Origin: Azolla caroliniana
Taxonomy: Eukaryota; Plantae; Polypodiophyta
Assembly (NCBI GenBank): GCA_043228905.1
Contig: JBHGNT010000017.1
Location: forward strand, 12,772,001 to 12,836,000
Reading direction: 5' to 3'
DNA: 64,000 nucleotides
Of this stretch, positions 62,593 through 64,000 are shown one piece after another. The stretch's first letter is position 1. The number at the start of each line of letters is the position of its first letter. Under the pieces are notes generated by a model that saw only the letters and a program-made list of their open reading frames with translations, did no database searches and was not told the DNA's origin. Position numbers and translations under genes: made by a program.

Positions 62593-63079
62593 TTTTTGCT
62601 TCGAGCCGTGTTCTTTTTGTGGAGAGTACTGCCGTGTTCTTTCTGTGGAGAGTACTGGGATGGGTGACCTCCGGGGAAGTCTTGCGCATGGGTTGCGTTC
62701 TTCTCGCGCCCGAGCCGTTCCCGTGCGTGTGCGCTCCTGGCATTCTTAGAGGCGGACGAGAGCGTAGGATGGGTGAAGCGCCGAGGGGCATTGCCGTTCG
62801 GTCTGGGTTAAGTGCGTCGTCCGGATCAAGGAGAGGGCGTAAGAGGCTATTGTGTGGGCGTGGGCGGCGAGGTTCGAATCCGGGTCAGGGAAGATATATA
62901 TATATATATATATATGTACCCCTTTGTCTAGGATCCAAGGCCTTAGCCTTAGCCTTCGCCGGCGCCCGTCGCGCGTGCGGTTGGGACGACGACGTGGGTC
63001 CCTCGATTTTAGTTGTCGTCGTAGAGCATTTTTGCACAGGCCTCTCTGGCACTAGTACCTCGGACCGCAGAGCATTGTT

Positions 63080-63198
63080 GTGGTGCGGTCATACCAGCGC
63101 TAATACACCGGATCCCATCAGAACTCCGCAGTTAAGCGCGCTTGGGCCAGAACAGTACTGGGATGGGTGACCTCCCGGGAAGTCCTGGTGCTGCACCC
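63080..63198 (+). rRNA. 5S rRNA gene, copy 7
   Basis: Identical to copy 1. Confidence 0.98.
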
Positions 63199-63683
63199 TT
63201 TTTGCTTCGAGCCGTGTTCTTTTTGTGGAGAGTACTGCCGTGTTCTTTCTGTGGAGAGTACTGGGATGGGTGACCTCCGGGGAAGTCTTGCGCATGGGTT
63301 GCGTTCTTCTCGCGCCCGAGCCGTTCCCGTGCGTGTGCGCTCCTGGCATTCTTAGAGGCGGACGAGAGCGTAGGATGGGTGAAGCGCCGAGGGGCATTGC
63401 CGTTCGGTCTGGGTTAAGTGCGTCGTCCGGATCAAGGAGAGGGCGTAAGAGGCTATTGTGTGGGCGTGGGCGGCGAGGTTCGAATCCGGGTCAGGGAAGA
63501 TATATATATATATATATATGTACCCCTTTGTCTAGGATCCAAGGCCTTAGCCTTAGCCTTCGCCGGCGCCCGTCGCGCGTGCGGTTGGGACGACGACGTG
63601 GGTCCCTCGATTTTAGTTGTCGTCGTAGAGCATTTTTGCACAGGCCTCTCTGGCACTAGTACCTCGGACCGCAGAGCATTGTT

Positions 63684-63802
63684 GTGGTGCGGTCATACCA
63701 GCGCTAATACACCGGATCCCATCAGAACTCCGCAGTTAAGCGCGCTTGGGCCAGAACAGTACTGGGATGGGTGACCTCCCGGGAAGTCCTGGTGCTGCAC
63801 CC
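63684..63802 (+). rRNA. 5S rRNA gene, copy 8
   Basis: Identical to copy 1; the preceding (TA)n is 2 nt shorter. Confidence 0.98.
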
Positions 63803-64000
63803 TTTTTGCTTCGAGCCGTGTTCTTTTTGTGGAGAGTACTGCCGTGTTCTTTCTGTGGAGAGTACTGGGATGGGTGACCTCCGGGGAAGTCTTGCGCATG
63901 GGTTGCGTTCTTCTCGCGCCCGAGCCGTTCCCGTGCGTGTGCGCTCCTGGCATTCTTAGAGGCGGACGAGAGCGTAGGATGGGTGAAGCGCCGAGGGGCA

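Larger units (their letters stand above)
59201..64000 (+). repeat. 5S rDNA tandem array, 606-bp unit (one unit 604 bp), continuing past the window end
   Basis: Near-identical units recur every 606 bp; no 35S rDNA sequence seen. Confidence 0.99.

Noticed and set aside
59184-63959. Repeated 62-183 aa ORFs in the tandem array
   Set aside because: Chance frames across GC-rich 5S genes and spacers, repeated only because the unit repeats.
59201-64000. CRISPR-like or Cassandra tandem interpretation of the array
   Set aside because: The spacers are identical, the 5S genes are full length with T5 terminators, and there is no PBS, PPT or TG...CA LTR structure and no cas genes.

Overview
Eukaryotic nuclear DNA, most likely from a non-seed land plant such as a fern (inferred from the 5S variant and the transposon lineages). 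About 57 kb is a dense mosaic of nested, mostly decayed transposons: Ty1/copia; several Ty3/gypsy lineages (self-primed chromoviruses, a tRNA-Trp-primed Ylt1-like element, OTA/Tat-like elements with an extra 3' ORF); two LINEs; and a Sola-like DNA transposon. From about 59.2 kb the window is the edge of a homogeneous 606-bp 5S rDNA tandem array with 8 genes visible. No intact host protein-coding gene is recognisable. Three observations stand out. (1) A complete gypsy element (23231-33168) has no polypurine tract. In its place is a copy of a tRNA-Arg 3' end (...GGGCGTGCCA), conserved in a diverged relative, which suggests tRNA priming of BOTH strands. (2) Antisense tRNA-like Pol III promoters (A and B boxes at tRNA spacing) are built into the LTRs of three gypsy families. 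(3) The 5S array starts inside a tRNA-derived SINE-like head whose 3' half is part of every repeat unit. Family assignments come from motif recognition only; no searches were run.
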